Shown: positions 1 through 10,521, counted from the first letter of the stretch. The stretch is 28,449 nt of DNA from Bdellovibrionota bacterium FG-2 (GCA_051382305.1 JBBCAV010000157.1:1-28449); one strand, 5' to 3'. A program made the numbers and translations. The notes: generated from the sequence alone by a model not told the origin.

Positions 1-1201
1 CTGTAAGTCCATATCCCTCAAGAATCTGAACCCCACTAATTTGAAAAAATTGGCCAATCTCGGCGGGGAGTGGGGCTCCTCCACAAATGGCGAACCGCAA
101 GCGCCCTCCAAATCGCTTGGCGATTTGATCAAAAACAAGTCGCTTGGCGATTTGATACTGAGCGAGCATTCCAGGGGACTGCCGCTCTTTTTTCCAAACT
201 TTTTCGTAATAGGCGCGCCCCATTCCCATAGCCCAGTGGAAAAAGCTTCGCCTGGCTGGAGAAGCCGAGTCGACGATTGCCATTACTTGGGCGTACGCTT
301 TTTCAAAAACGCGTGGGACCGAAAAGATGAGGGTCGGACGCACTTCTGCGAAATTGGAGAGCAGTTTCTCCATGCTCTCGGCAAAGGCTTGTTTCCAGCC
401 AAACGTGTGAATAGCGATTGATTCTACTTTGCCAATAATGTGAGAGAAGGGGAGAAATGAGAGAACGACTTCGCCCTCTTCTTTGATGTGGCCCTTCATA
501 ACGGCAATGCAATCTTCTAAGACGCTGATCATGTTGTCGTGAGTGAGCATTGCCCCTTTGGGGACCCCAGTCGTTCCAGAGGTGTAGCAAATACTGATAA
601 GATCATCGGGGCGTGAGGTCGCAAGATTGCGATCAAAGCGTGCGGGTTCGCGCTCATCCTCGCGGCGCCCAAGCTCCTTGAGTGCTTGGAGCGTCAGAAC
701 TTCGGGAAACTGCGGTCGGTCCGTGTTTTCGAGGGCTTCACGGCCCGTTTCGTAAGTGATGATTTTTTCGAGATAGGGGAACGCATCGGGCTTGGCTTCA
801 TGTTTCGCCAACAGCTTCTGCAGCTGCTTTTGGTCTTCAACGAATATGATCCGCGCTTCACAATGGTTGATAATGTAGTGAACATCGTCCGCCGTGATAG
901 AAGGATAAATGGGAACCGTGACTCCGGAGGCACCTAAAATCGCCATATCAGAGAGCGACCATTCAAAACGCGTCGTGGAAAGAATCGCCACCCGATCACC
1001 GGGCTTAATTCCAAGGCCCATGAGCCCAAGGGAGACTTGTCGACATTCGCCGTAGAATTCCCTGAAGGTGACTTCTTTCCAGCCTTTCTTTGAAGCAAGC
1101 TCGGGGTCTTTGGGTTTGTAGGTGAAAGCAACGCGATCAGGCGTTACCTTTACGCGCTCAAGAAAGGTATCAGTAACCGTTTTGCGAACGATAAAGGGCA
1201 T
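1..1201 (-). CDS. fadD: Long-chain-fatty-acid--CoA ligase (AMP-dependent synthetase), 3' end truncated by the window edge
   Basis: Manual translation from ATG 1201 gives an open frame to base 1: MPFIVRKTVTDTF...LGIKPGDRVAILS...ICYTSGTTGVPKGAMLTH...SFLPFSHI...FSVPRVFEK...CGGAPL...ILEGYGLT. It contains the AMP-binding YTSGTTGxPKG and GYGLT(E) motifs. It is absent from the ORF track because no stop codon lies inside the window. Confidence 0.93.
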   Translation of the reverse strand, partial: MPFIVRKTVTDTFLERVKVTPDRVAFTYKPKDPELASKKGWKEVTFREFYGECRQVSLGLMGLGIKPGDRVAILSTTRFEWSLSDMAILGASGVTVPIYPSITADDVHYIINHCEARIIFVEDQKQLQKLLAKHEAKPDAFPYLEKIITYETGREALENTDRPQFPEVLTLQALKELGRREDEREPARFDRNLATSRPDDLISICYTSGTTGVPKGAMLTHDNMISVLEDCIAVMKGHIKEEGEVVLSFLPFSHIIGKVESIAIHTFGWKQAFAESMEKLLSNFAEVRPTLIFSVPRVFEKAYAQVMAIVDSASPARRSFFHWAMGMGRAYYEKVWKKERQSPGMLAQYQIAKRLVFDQIAKRFGGRLRFAICGGAPLPAEIGQFFQISGVQILEGYGLT

Positions 1202-1236
1202 GTGAAAATTATCTCACAGGCCGGAATTCCGCTCAA
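1202..1236 (-). promoter_or_regulatory. Putative sigma70 promoter for fadD, leaderless geometry
   Basis: TTGAGC (1236-1231), 17 bp, TGn-GATAAT (1213-1208), 6 nt, then ATG. No Shine-Dalgarno sequence. Confidence 0.55.
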
Positions 1237-1237
1237 C

Positions 1238-2689
1238 TTATTTTACGAACAAGCTCATCCATCCGCCGGTTTGGGTGTTCACCAGGTTATAAAAGAATGG
1301 AAGCACCCCGAGCAGGACACTGGCGAGCACAGTCGCAGTAACTGTGAATCCAATAACGGGTGAAGCCTCAAGTGCCTTGGCTCCCGCAAGCGGGGGCTCA
1401 ATGTACATCTGACGAACGATCCGTAAATAGTAGTACAAAGAGATCGTTGAATTAACCGCCGCGACAGCGACAAGCCAGTGGAATCCCGCCCCGGAGGCAA
1501 TGCTAAACAAAAAGAATTTCCCTACAAAACCTGAAAGCGGAGGAATTCCCGCCAGACCGAACAGGCCCACCATCATCGCGAGCGCCATAAGCGGGTTGGT
1601 TTGCGAGAGTCCGCGGTAATCGTTGATTTCTTCTTTTCCCGTTTGGTTGGAGTGAAAAATGATTACGCCGAAAACGGCTAGATTGGTGATGACATAAACC
1701 AACATGTAAAAAATCATGGAGGCGACGCTCTCTTTTTGTGGGCCCAAGAATCCCATGATCATGTAACCGGCTTGAGAGATCGCGCTAAAGGCCATGAAAC
1801 GCTTGATGTTGTTCTGAACAATCGCGACGAGATTTCCGAGACTCATCGTGAGGGCTGCAAACACGGCGATCGCGGTTTGCCAATCCTTGACAAACGGTCC
1901 AAACACCCGAAAAAATAGCTGAAACATGAGAGCAAGTCCCGCCCCCTTTGACGCGACCGAGAGATAGGCGGTGATGGGAGTCGGGGCTCCTTGATAGACT
2001 TCGGCCGCCCAAAAATGAAACGGAACGAGGGTCATCTTAAACCCAATCCCAGAAACAATCAGGGTCACAGCAAACCAAAGGATTGGACTTGCAGTTAGCG
2101 TTTGCGAAATCGCTTGAAGATCGGTTTGACCAGTAAGTCCATAGAGGAGCGAGAAACCATACAAAAGAAGCGCCGAAGCCAGAGCGCCCATGATGACGTA
2201 CTTTAGCCCTGCCTCGCCCGCGTTTCCATCGCGTTTCCAAGAAGCCAACACAAAAAGCGGAATCGTTGCCAGCTCAAGACTTACATAAAGTGTGATCAAA
2301 TCTCGTGCGGAGACTAAGAACATCATTCCTGAAAGCGTAAAAAGGAGGATGGTGTAGTATTCACCACGAAATTTAAGAGGCTGTGAGTCAGCGGTCTCCA
2401 CGACTTTGCGCCCGTCTAGCAGATCAAGGGAAAGCGCGACGGTGATTCCGGTTGAGAGAATAAAAAGGAACTTAAACCACCAGGTCACACTGTCTACGGC
2501 AAATCGCCCGCCGAAGAGCGTGCCCGCTTCCGGCATCTGAAATAGGACAGCCGCTGTAGCTGCGCCAAGCCCCAGAAGCGTGAGAGGCGCCAGTACCGTG
2601 CGGTTCTTTTCAGAGACAAAAAGGTCAACTCCTAAAACCAGGAAGGCAGTTAAGACTACAATTACATCAGGCAAAATGAGTGTGAACAT
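1238..2689 (-). CDS. nuoN: NADH-quinone oxidoreductase subunit N
   Basis: Polytopic membrane protein with LYVSLEL, EAGLKY, FKMTLVPFHFWAAEVYQGAPTP, KRFMAFSAISQAGY and LAGIPPLSGFVGKF. Last gene of the nuo series. Confidence 0.96.
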   Translation of the reverse strand: MFTLILPDVIVVLTAFLVLGVDLFVSEKNRTVLAPLTLLGLGAATAAVLFQMPEAGTLFGGRFAVDSVTWWFKFLFILSTGITVALSLDLLDGRKVVETADSQPLKFRGEYYTILLFTLSGMMFLVSARDLITLYVSLELATIPLFVLASWKRDGNAGEAGLKYVIMGALASALLLYGFSLLYGLTGQTDLQAISQTLTASPILWFAVTLIVSGIGFKMTLVPFHFWAAEVYQGAPTPITAYLSVASKGAGLALMFQLFFRVFGPFVKDWQTAIAVFAALTMSLGNLVAIVQNNIKRFMAFSAISQAGYMIMGFLGPQKESVASMIFYMLVYVITNLAVFGVIIFHSNQTGKEEINDYRGLSQTNPLMALAMMVGLFGLAGIPPLSGFVGKFFLFSIASGAGFHWLVAVAAVNSTISLYYYLRIVRQMYIEPPLAGAKALEASPVIGFTVTATVLASVLLGVLPFFYNLVNTQTGGWMSLFVK

Positions 2690-4248
2690 TAGTGCATCCT
2701 CTCTATCATCCCAACCATTGTCCCGCCCGTAGCATGCAGGCGGTTTACGAGTGGATAAATAGAAGATTCGATTAAATTAATCAGCGTACCCGGCATGAGT
2801 CCCACGACAGCAAGGGTCGTGACGAGCATACCCGTGCTAATACGTTCCGTAAGTGTTGCATCAGTGAGATGCTTAAAATGAGAGTCAGTAATCGGGCCCG
2901 CAAAAGCTCTCGATAAGCCGCGAAGGACATAAACAGCCGTGACCACGACCGAACAAGTCGCGAGAATCGTGAGGACTCGCATCGTGGTGATTTCGTGCCA
3001 GGGATTTCCAAAAAACCCGCCTAGGAAAACGCTGGACTCCGCTACAAATCCAGAGAAACCGGGCAAACCCAAAGAAGCAAGGCCCGCGATATAAAAACAA
3101 GTGGCAAGCCAAGGCATTACTTTGGCGAGCCCGCCCATTTCTGGAATCATTCTAGTGTGGGTTCGGCCATAGACCATCCCGATTAAACCGAAGAAAAGCC
3201 CCGTCATGATCCCATGGCTGAACATCTGAATCACCGCGCCCTTGAAGGACATCATGTTGAGAGTCGCCACACCAAAGAGCACAAACCCGCAGTGACTCAC
3301 GGAAGAGTAGGCGGTGAAATATTTGAGGTCTTTTTGCGTGATCGCGCCAAAGGAGCCATACAGAATATTGATTGTCGTCACTGCCATGAAAAATAATCCC
3401 CAATACTGAGCGCCTTCGGGAAGAAGATATACGGCAATACGAAGGGCACCATATCCTCCAAGTTTCATGAGCACGCCCGCATGAAGCATGGATACCGCGG
3501 TTGGCGCTGAAGCGTGCCCATCCGGTGACCAGGTGTGAAACGGATAAAGCGCGCCCAATACCCCAAATCCAACGAAAAGCATGGGGAAAACCCATCTCTG
3601 AAAATCAGATGTGTAAGTCGCTTGGCCCAAAGCAATGAGATCGAAACTATGGGTTCCAGAGACATGGTAAAGGGCTAAGAAACCCACGAGAATGAATGCG
3701 GAACCCACCATGAGCATGAGTGTGAGTTTCATGGCGGAGTATTCCTTTGGACCGGTCCCCCAGATTCCAATGAGGAGGTACATCGGAAGCACTGCAAGTT
3801 CGTAAAATACAAAGAACAAAAACAAATCAAAGCTCACAAAAACGCCAAACACGCCGGTGACCAAAGTGAGAAGGAGTCCAAAAAATTCTTTACGTCGAAC
3901 TTCGACGTTCCAACTGGCCATGACGCCTGTAAAGATGATGATCGAGGTTAAGATAATCATCGCCATGGAGATTCCATCGAGTCCAACAAAATATTGAATG
4001 CCCATTGACTCAAACCAGGGCATCCGCTCTACCAAGTAGAGCTTGGTTGCAAGCGAAGTTTTCATAGAGGCAAAATCAGGCGAGGCGGCGACCCAATACT
4101 TCCAGGTTACAAATGCCGTTAAAAGTAGATGCGCGCCGGTTCCAAGGGCCGCGACCCAGCGAATGTTCCGCTCTTTTGAGCTCGGAGTGAGGACCACCGC
4201 TAAAGTTGTTAAAAACGGTAAGAGTACAAGCCAGCTAACTAAACCCAT
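2689..4248 (-). CDS. nuoM: NADH-quinone oxidoreductase subunit M
   Basis: Motifs GLDGIS, DLFLFFVFYELAVLPMY, PFHTWSPDGHASAPT, LMKLGGYG, AYSSVSH and SLGLPGFSGFVAE. Start re-called at ATG 4248 (MGLVSW), 2 bp after the nuoL stop. TAATG overlap with nuoN. Confidence 0.96.
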   Translation of the reverse strand: MGLVSWLVLLPFLTTLAVVLTPSSKERNIRWVAALGTGAHLLLTAFVTWKYWVAASPDFASMKTSLATKLYLVERMPWFESMGIQYFVGLDGISMAMIILTSIIIFTGVMASWNVEVRRKEFFGLLLTLVTGVFGVFVSFDLFLFFVFYELAVLPMYLLIGIWGTGPKEYSAMKLTLMLMVGSAFILVGFLALYHVSGTHSFDLIALGQATYTSDFQRWVFPMLFVGFGVLGALYPFHTWSPDGHASAPTAVSMLHAGVLMKLGGYGALRIAVYLLPEGAQYWGLFFMAVTTINILYGSFGAITQKDLKYFTAYSSVSHCGFVLFGVATLNMMSFKGAVIQMFSHGIMTGLFFGLIGMVYGRTHTRMIPEMGGLAKVMPWLATCFYIAGLASLGLPGFSGFVAESSVFLGGFFGNPWHEITTMRVLTILATCSVVVTAVYVLRGLSRAFAGPITDSHFKHLTDATLTERISTGMLVTTLAVVGLMPGTLINLIESSIYPLVNRLHATGGTMVGMIERMH

Positions 4249-4250
4249 GA

Positions 4251-6260
4251 TCAATGCCTCACTAATGAAATGATCCAAAGAACCAAGAGAATTCCCAGTA
4301 CTCCGGATACGAACCAACTGCCATATGTTTGAACCTGTCCCGTTTGCGTGCGGCTAAGTCCTGCTCCCATTTTGCGTGTGCCCCAGGCACTTAAGTTCAC
4401 GCCCCCATCGACCACATGTCTGTCAAACCAAGCGATGGGCGCTGCAACAAACTGAAAAATAACCTTGTGGGTTACAAAGAGGTAGACTTCATCAATATAG
4501 AACTTATTTTTGATTGTTGTGTAGACTCCACCCAAGGACTTAGCGAGCGCTTCAATCCGAGTCGTCTCGCCTGAATAGAAAAAGGCCGCCAGCGCAAGTC
4601 CAGCCAATGCAACCCCAGTGCTCGGCAGCGCGACCGCGAGATCAATTCCTCCGTGAGCCGCGCCTTCTCCCCCGTGAGAAGCCGTGAGACTTACGAATTG
4701 TGCAAAGGGAACAAAACCCGAGAAAATCGAAAAAACTGCTAAAATCAAAAGAGGAATTAGCATTACAGGCGGCGATTCATGCGCATGATGTGCACCGTCC
4801 GTGCGGTGATTGCCCCAGAAGGTCACGAAATAAATTCGTGACATGTAAAAGGCCGTCATTCCTGCGACCAAAAGACCCACGGCAAAAATATTAGGGTGTC
4901 CGCCCTCAAGTGCGGCAGAAAGGATCTCGTCTTTTGAAAAAAAGCCAGAAAGCGGAAAAATCCCTGAAATTGCAAGCGTCGCAATCAAGAACGTGATGTG
5001 CGTCACTGGCATTTTCTTACGAAGTCCTCCCATATCCCAGATGCTATTGCTATGAGCGGCATGAATCACTGAGCCTGCTCCCAGGAACAAGAGTGCTTTG
5101 AAGAAGGCATGATTAAAAAGGTGAAACATCGAGGCCGTGTAACCCAGGGGGTGTTCAAACGAAGAAACGCCCAACGCGAACATCATATAGCCGAGTTGAC
5201 TAAGCGTCGAGAACGCCAAGACTCGCTTGATGTCGTCTTGGGTACAACCAATGAGGGCTGCAAATAAGCACGTGAAGGCTCCGATATAGGCGACGACAAG
5301 GAGTGCGTCGCCTGAAGCGGCGAAAACAGGGAACATCCGCGCTACGAGATAAACGCCAGCAACGACCATGGTAGCTGCGTGGATCAGTGCGGAAACAGGA
5401 GTCGGACCTTCCATCGCATCCGGTAGCCAGATATGAAGCGGGAACATCGCGCTTTTTCCTGCGGCGCCCATGAAGATGAGGACCATCGAAACAGTTACGA
5501 GGCTTACGCCTAAGAAAGTTCCACCCTGAGCAAAAAACTTTGCGCCGACTTCGGGGTGGGTCAAGTACATAAAATCAAAGGGCTGAAGCCCCTGAGTCAC
5601 GCTGGCGGGGAGTTCGCCAAAGATTTGAAAACCAAAAAAGCCTAAGATGAGCATTCCGATTAAGAAGCCCAGGTCCGCAAAACGGGTCACGATGAAAGCT
5701 TTCTTGGAGGCAGCCACCGCCGAGGGGCGCTCAAAATAGTAGCCAATTAAGAGAAACGAACTGGCGCCGACGAGCTCCCAGAACACAAACATCTGAAGGA
5801 TGTTTGGGGCCGAAACCAGGCCCAGCATGCTAAAAGTAAAAAGATTGAGGTAAGTGAAATACCGTCCATATCCATCTTCTCCATGCAAGTATCCCGTCGA
5901 ATAGAGGTGAACGAGCGCACTCACCGTGGTGACCACGACCATAAGCATGACCGAAATAGGGTCCGCGAGCACGCCCAGACTCACAACCAGGTTCTCTTGG
6001 TATCTGAGCCATTCTGCACTCCAAGGGACAAAGGCTTTATGAATTCCCTCAACCGCGCCTGGAAGGAGGAAAAAATACTCATAGGCCAGGCGGTAGGCAA
6101 AGCAAGCAGTGAGAAAAATGGCCAACGTAGCAAAGATTCCTGCCGCCTTCTTGGAAAGAGGCCGAATGAAAAGTCCCACCGTTAAAAACGAAAAAAATGG
6201 CAAAGCTATGATGAGCCAAGCGTTTTTCAGAGCAAATCCAAGTTCGATTGTTTGATCCAT
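4251..6260 (-). CDS. nuoL: NADH-quinone oxidoreductase subunit L
   Basis: Motifs FWELVG..SFLLIG, KAFIVTRFAD, GKSAMFPLHIWLPDAMEGPTPVSALIHAATMV, HAFFKALLFL, FFSKDEI and C-terminal QTGQVQTY. Confidence 0.97.
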   Translation of the reverse strand: MDQTIELGFALKNAWLIIALPFFSFLTVGLFIRPLSKKAAGIFATLAIFLTACFAYRLAYEYFFLLPGAVEGIHKAFVPWSAEWLRYQENLVVSLGVLADPISVMLMVVVTTVSALVHLYSTGYLHGEDGYGRYFTYLNLFTFSMLGLVSAPNILQMFVFWELVGASSFLLIGYYFERPSAVAASKKAFIVTRFADLGFLIGMLILGFFGFQIFGELPASVTQGLQPFDFMYLTHPEVGAKFFAQGGTFLGVSLVTVSMVLIFMGAAGKSAMFPLHIWLPDAMEGPTPVSALIHAATMVVAGVYLVARMFPVFAASGDALLVVAYIGAFTCLFAALIGCTQDDIKRVLAFSTLSQLGYMMFALGVSSFEHPLGYTASMFHLFNHAFFKALLFLGAGSVIHAAHSNSIWDMGGLRKKMPVTHITFLIATLAISGIFPLSGFFSKDEILSAALEGGHPNIFAVGLLVAGMTAFYMSRIYFVTFWGNHRTDGAHHAHESPPVMLIPLLILAVFSIFSGFVPFAQFVSLTASHGGEGAAHGGIDLAVALPSTGVALAGLALAAFFYSGETTRIEALAKSLGGVYTTIKNKFYIDEVYLFVTHKVIFQFVAAPIAWFDRHVVDGGVNLSAWGTRKMGAGLSRTQTGQVQTYGSWFVSGVLGILLVLWIISLVRH

Positions 6261-6263
6261 ATT

Positions 6264-6605
6264 CTAGCCCTTCATCACATTCAGCTCGGTCACATCCACC
6301 GTTTTTCGATTCTGGAAAAGCGCCACAAAAATAGCCATTCCCACCACGACTTCGGCCGCGGCAATCGCAATGACAAATATGCCCATCACTTGGCCATCGA
6401 CATTTGCGGAATTTATGAAGCGATTAAATAAAATAAAGTTTAGGGCGCCCGAATTCAGTAAAAGTTCAACGGACATAAGAATTCCGACGGCGTTTCGGCG
6501 CGTTAGGAGTCCGTAGAGCCCAATCGAAAAGAGAAGAGAAGAAAGAACCAGCCAATGCAAAACGCTGGGGACGTTCTCAAGAAATGGAGCGATATTTTCC
6601 AACAT
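6264..6605 (-). CDS. nuoK: NADH-quinone oxidoreductase subunit K
   Basis: LFSIGLYGLLTRRN, MSVELLLN and AAAEVVVG, with both conserved glutamates. Confidence 0.95.
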   Translation of the reverse strand: MLENIAPFLENVPSVLHWLVLSSLLFSIGLYGLLTRRNAVGILMSVELLLNSGALNFILFNRFINSANVDGQVMGIFVIAIAAAEVVVGMAIFVALFQNRKTVDVTELNVMKG

Positions 6606-6606
6606 A

Positions 6607-7155
6607 CTACTGCCCTCCTTTGACGGGCGTTTTTCGTGCGATCACAATCCCACCAATCAATGCCGCCAGGAGAAGCAACGAGATGATTTCAAAAGGTAGG
6701 ACGAATCCTTTTTCGCCCTGGTCAAGAAATGCGCGGCCAATAGCCGCAGTGGAGTCATGAATTTGTCCGGTTTGCGCAGTCAAAGTGTTGCCAGGAGTGT
6801 TAAAGGTCGAGTTCACAAAAATCCCCACAGAAATTCCAAAAAATGACGCCGAAAGAAGGAATGCCACAAGTCTGCGTGAGAGCGTTGGCCTTTGCTCCAG
6901 AAGGCTACTTGAGCGAGTAAGCATCACTGCGAATACGAGCAGGACCACGATTCCGCCGACATAGACGAGAATTTGAACTCCGGCGAGAAACTCGGCTCCC
7001 AAGAGGATGTAGAAGCCAGCGCTGACGCCCAAGACTCCCATGAGGTAGATTGCTGCCCTGAGGATTCTGGGTGTACAGACCGTCGCGAGGGCACAAAAAA
7101 CTGCGATCGCAGAAAAGAGATAAAACAGCAGCGTGTGAACGAAGTTTTCAATCAT
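6607..7155 (-). CDS. nuoJ: NADH-quinone oxidoreductase subunit J
   Basis: AEFLAGVQILVYVGGIVVL and LPFEIISLLLLAALIG. Start re-called at ATG 7155 (MIENFV), overlapping the nuoI stop. Confidence 0.94.
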   Translation of the reverse strand: MIENFVHTLLFYLFSAIAVFCALATVCTPRILRAAIYLMGVLGVSAGFYILLGAEFLAGVQILVYVGGIVVLLVFAVMLTRSSSLLEQRPTLSRRLVAFLLSASFFGISVGIFVNSTFNTPGNTLTAQTGQIHDSTAAIGRAFLDQGEKGFVLPFEIISLLLLAALIGGIVIARKTPVKGGQ

Positions 7156-7783
7156 AGGAGTTCGCCTTTTCACTTTCAGGAGGTTTCCCACATGCTGGGA
7201 CACCGGCGATCGCCGATCCATTCATGGGAATGTGGCCGGAGTAGACTCCGCGCTCATCTATGTTTCGTTTGCGTTCCTCGGGATCAACGATCTTGGCTAG
7301 GGCCGGCGCCGCGGGGCCGGCATATCGATTGAGATTATAGATTAAAAGCCTTCGATCATAGACAGAGTTTTCAAATTCGCCATTCATTTTGAGGGCTGTA
7401 AAAGGGCATACGATCACGCAAAGATTGCAAAAAGTGCAGCTATCCATGCGCCAAATGAAATGATCGATTTCTTGGCGCTTGCTCGTTGCGTTCTTGCGAT
7501 CTACAACGGTGATCGAGCGGTTCGGGCAGGCATCTTCGCAAATATGGCAACCCGTGCACTTGTGATAGCCGTTTTCGTCATGGGGCATGGTGAGACGGAT
7601 TCGGGCCCGCTCGACCATTTTCAGGGTTTCACGATTTTCGGGGTACTGTTGAGTCACGACTGTTGAAGGGTGTGAAAAGTACCCAAAGGTAATTTTCATG
7701 CCCTTGAGCAGAGAGCCGATCCCCGTGAAGAATTCCTGAACAGGTCCTCTAGGTTTAATGGTAGGCTTAGTTGGTGTTTGCAT
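7148..7783 (-). CDS. nuoI: NADH-quinone oxidoreductase subunit I (2x[4Fe-4S]) with C-terminal extension
   Basis: VTQQYPE, CTGCHICEDACP and CTFCNLCVIVCP ferredoxin-type motifs. Lies between nuoH and nuoJ. Confidence 0.94.
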   Translation of the reverse strand: MQTPTKPTIKPRGPVQEFFTGIGSLLKGMKITFGYFSHPSTVVTQQYPENRETLKMVERARIRLTMPHDENGYHKCTGCHICEDACPNRSITVVDRKNATSKRQEIDHFIWRMDSCTFCNLCVIVCPFTALKMNGEFENSVYDRRLLIYNLNRYAGPAAPALAKIVDPEERKRNIDERGVYSGHIPMNGSAIAGVPACGKPPESEKANSYD

Positions 7784-7790
7784 AATGTTT

Positions 7791-8882
7791 TCAGCTCGGA
7801 AAGAAGTAGAGGTTATACAGCACGACGACGGCTGCGACGAAAAGGTTTACGAAGCCGATGGGGAGCAGGATTTTCCACTCCAACTTCATGAGTTGATCCA
7901 CACGAAGGCGCGGAAAAGTCCAGCGGAACCACATGATCAGGAAAATAAGAAACGAGGTTTTGCCCGCAAACCAAAGACCAGGAGGGATTAAATCCATGAC
8001 GGCGTTGAAGCCATTGAGATTTCCGATGTGGAACGGCATCCATCCGCCCAAAAAAAGCGTCGCGCAAACGGCAGAAACGATGAACATGTTGATAAACTCG
8101 GCCAGAAAGAAAAATGCAAAGCGCATTCCAGAATACTCCGTATGAAAACCAGCGGTGAGCTCACTTTCGCCTTCGGCAATATCAAAAGGAGTTCGGTTGA
8201 TCTCTGCTACCGAGGCGATCAGGAAAATAATGAAGGACACAAGCCCAACTCCATGCGCGCGCCAAATCCACCAGCCTTGCGCTTGGCTCTCGATAATTTT
8301 TGAAAGCTGTAGCGTTCCCGAAAAAAGTACGATTATCAGCAGGGCCAGTGTTGCGGAAAGTTCATAAGAGATAATCTGTGCTCCCGCCCGCATACCGCCG
8401 ATCAGAGACCATTTATTATTTGAACTCCAACCCGCAGTGAGTAGCCCCAAAACGCCAAGACCGCTGACGGCGCTGATATAGAGGACCCCGATATTGACAT
8501 CAGTTACCTGCAAAGTGGGGCTCAACGGCAAGACGGCGATGGTCAAAAGTGCCCCTAGAAGACAAAGAAAAGGCGCGAGGATATGAAGCAGTTTGTCCGC
8601 TTTTTCAGGAACGATGTCTTCTTTCATTAAGAGTTTTAGAGTGTCTGCTATTGACTGAAGAATGCCGTGCCATCCAACCCTCATCGGCCCAAGTCGACAT
8701 TGAAAATGAGCAGCGATTTTCCGCTCAGCGTAAATCAGCACCATGCCCAGGAGGGCAACAAATGCAGCCGCGCCCGCGAGTCCTAAAACAATATATCCAA
8801 TGGAATACCATACGTTTTCCGGGAGTGCTTCTTGCGCGCGTTGTGCGATCGTCTTCACTTGCCAAACAGTTGGTTCACTCAT
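7791..8882 (-). CDS. nuoH: NADH-quinone oxidoreductase subunit H
   Basis: ERKIAAHFQCRLGP, ADTLKLLMKE, AQIISYE, AEINRTPFDIAEGESELTAGFHTEYSG and PRLRVDQLM. Confidence 0.97.
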   Translation of the reverse strand: MSEPTVWQVKTIAQRAQEALPENVWYSIGYIVLGLAGAAAFVALLGMVLIYAERKIAAHFQCRLGPMRVGWHGILQSIADTLKLLMKEDIVPEKADKLLHILAPFLCLLGALLTIAVLPLSPTLQVTDVNIGVLYISAVSGLGVLGLLTAGWSSNNKWSLIGGMRAGAQIISYELSATLALLIIVLFSGTLQLSKIIESQAQGWWIWRAHGVGLVSFIIFLIASVAEINRTPFDIAEGESELTAGFHTEYSGMRFAFFFLAEFINMFIVSAVCATLFLGGWMPFHIGNLNGFNAVMDLIPPGLWFAGKTSFLIFLIMWFRWTFPRLRVDQLMKLEWKILLPIGFVNLFVAAVVVLYNLYFFPS

Positions 8883-8896
8883 TTTAGATTATTACC

Positions 8897-10060
8897 TCAA
8901 CGATCAATGTCGGGAACGACAATATCTAACGAAGAAAGGATGGCCACCAAATCGGCAATTCGCCATCCCCGGGCAATGGAGGTGATGCTCCAAATATTGT
9001 TGTAATTCGGGGTCCGCAAATGAATGCGATAAGGCCGGTGATCTTTGCCATCCGACACGAGCATGACGCCTAAGACGCCACGGGCGGTTTCCATATGACT
9101 ATAACTGAGCCCTTCGGGAAGCCGAATCTTTGCTCCGGGCTTCATGAGCATGGTTTTACCTTCGGGGATATTATCAATGAGTTGCTCGATGATGCTAAGC
9201 GATTGTTTCATCTCTTCAATGCGAACTTGGTATCGATCTGCCGTGTCGCCTTGGGTTCCCAGGGCGACCTCAAAATTCACTTTAGAATACATCCCGTAGG
9301 GCTCACGCTTGCGAAGATCGTAATTCACGCCACTTGCGCGCAGCACGGGTCCGGTCGTTCCCATTGAAATAGCGGTTTTTGAGTCTAAAATGCCCACGCC
9401 TTTGATGCGCTTTTGGACGATGATGTTTTCACTAAAGAGGGTCTCGTATTCTTTGAGTTTGGGTCTGAAGTAACTGATAAACGCTTTAACTTCTTTTTGA
9501 AAATCGGGATGGAGATCAAACATTAAACCGCCGGGTTGAATGTAGTTCATCGTGAGCCGCGCGCCCGTCGTCTTTTCTAAGATGTCGGTGATGCCTTCTC
9601 GATCACGAAAACCGTACAAGAATGGGGTAAACGCTCCTAGATCCATTCCGAAAACGCCCCACCAAAGTTGATGGCTTTGAATCCTTTGGAGCTCGGCCAT
9701 CAGCGTACGGATAGTTTCGATGCGCTCATTGGTTTCGATTTTGGCAGCTCTTTCAACCGCTGCTGAGACAGCCCAGTTGTTCATCAATGCGGAAAGATAA
9801 TCGATACGATCAGACATGTGAACGAACTGTCGATAGCCGAGGTGTTCACCCACCTTTTCCATGCCGCGGTGGACATAACCTAAGACAGGGATGACTTCGC
9901 GAACGGTCTCTCCGTCGAGTTTTAGTACCAGACGCAAAACTCCGTGGGTTGAAGGATGTTGCGGGCCCATGTTCACGAAATACTCCTGAGTGGCCAAGGG
10001 GCTATCGGGAGATAACGAAGGTCGGGTGCGCTCTTCTAATGTACGGATGGCGATACTCAT
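8897..10060 (-). CDS. nuoD: NADH-quinone oxidoreductase subunit D
   Basis: NMGPQHPSTHGVLRL, GYVHRGMEK, DRIDY and C-terminal DIVVPDIDR. The quinone-site His and Tyr are present. No NiFe-binding CxxC motifs. Confidence 0.96.
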   Translation of the reverse strand: MSIAIRTLEERTRPSLSPDSPLATQEYFVNMGPQHPSTHGVLRLVLKLDGETVREVIPVLGYVHRGMEKVGEHLGYRQFVHMSDRIDYLSALMNNWAVSAAVERAAKIETNERIETIRTLMAELQRIQSHQLWWGVFGMDLGAFTPFLYGFRDREGITDILEKTTGARLTMNYIQPGGLMFDLHPDFQKEVKAFISYFRPKLKEYETLFSENIIVQKRIKGVGILDSKTAISMGTTGPVLRASGVNYDLRKREPYGMYSKVNFEVALGTQGDTADRYQVRIEEMKQSLSIIEQLIDNIPEGKTMLMKPGAKIRLPEGLSYSHMETARGVLGVMLVSDGKDHRPYRIHLRTPNYNNIWSITSIARGWRIADLVAILSSLDIVVPDIDR

Positions 10061-10521
10061 TCTGGACGCTCCAAAAGGTAATCATCTTTGTAGTCTTTTC
10101 GCAGGGGAAAACCTTGCCACCCATCATCGAGCAAAACGCGCCTTAGATCAGGATGGTTTTTGTAGAGGATGCCGAACATGTCGTATGCTTCGCGTTCTTG
10201 CCACTCACCAATTTGCCAGAGCGAAGAGACCGAAGGCACAACAGGGTTTTCCCGCGAAACGAAAGCGGTCACGCGTAGGGCGTGGGAGTGTGCGGTGGAG
10301 TAGAGTTCGTAGATCAGCTCAAAGCGCTGCTCTGCGATCCAGTCAATGGCGGTATGAGTACAGAGCATATCAAACGCGAGACTGGTGTCGGTTTTGAGCT
10401 TGGAGAGAAACGCGAACAACGCTTCTACAGGAATAGTCACTGTGAGGCGATCGGTTTTTTCTCGGGGCGTAGCCCTGGAATCAAGCGCGAGTACTGCGGA
10501 TGAGAGAACTTGAGTTTCCAC
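10057..10521 (-). CDS. nuoC: NADH-quinone oxidoreductase subunit C
   Basis: [23 protein letters not shown] and FPLRKDY. Start uncertain: GTG 10521 (preceded by AAAGGT) is preferred, ATG 10557 is the alternative. Confidence 0.93.
   Translation of the reverse strand: METQVLSSAVLALDSRATPREKTDRLTVTIPVEALFAFLSKLKTDTSLAFDMLCTHTAIDWIAEQRFELIYELYSTAHSHALRVTAFVSRENPVVPSVSSLWQIGEWQEREAYDMFGILYKNHPDLRRVLLDDGWQGFPLRKDYKDDYLLERPE

Noticed and set aside
113-156. 17-bp direct repeat TCGCTTGGCGATTTGAT (113-129, 140-156)
   Set aside because: Only two copies with a 10-bp spacer, in frame within fadD (QIAKR twice). Not CRISPR-like.
41-1131. Several short ORFs suggesting a fragmented region or small genes
   Set aside because: They are alternative-frame shadows of one uninterrupted fadD frame (1201 to the edge).
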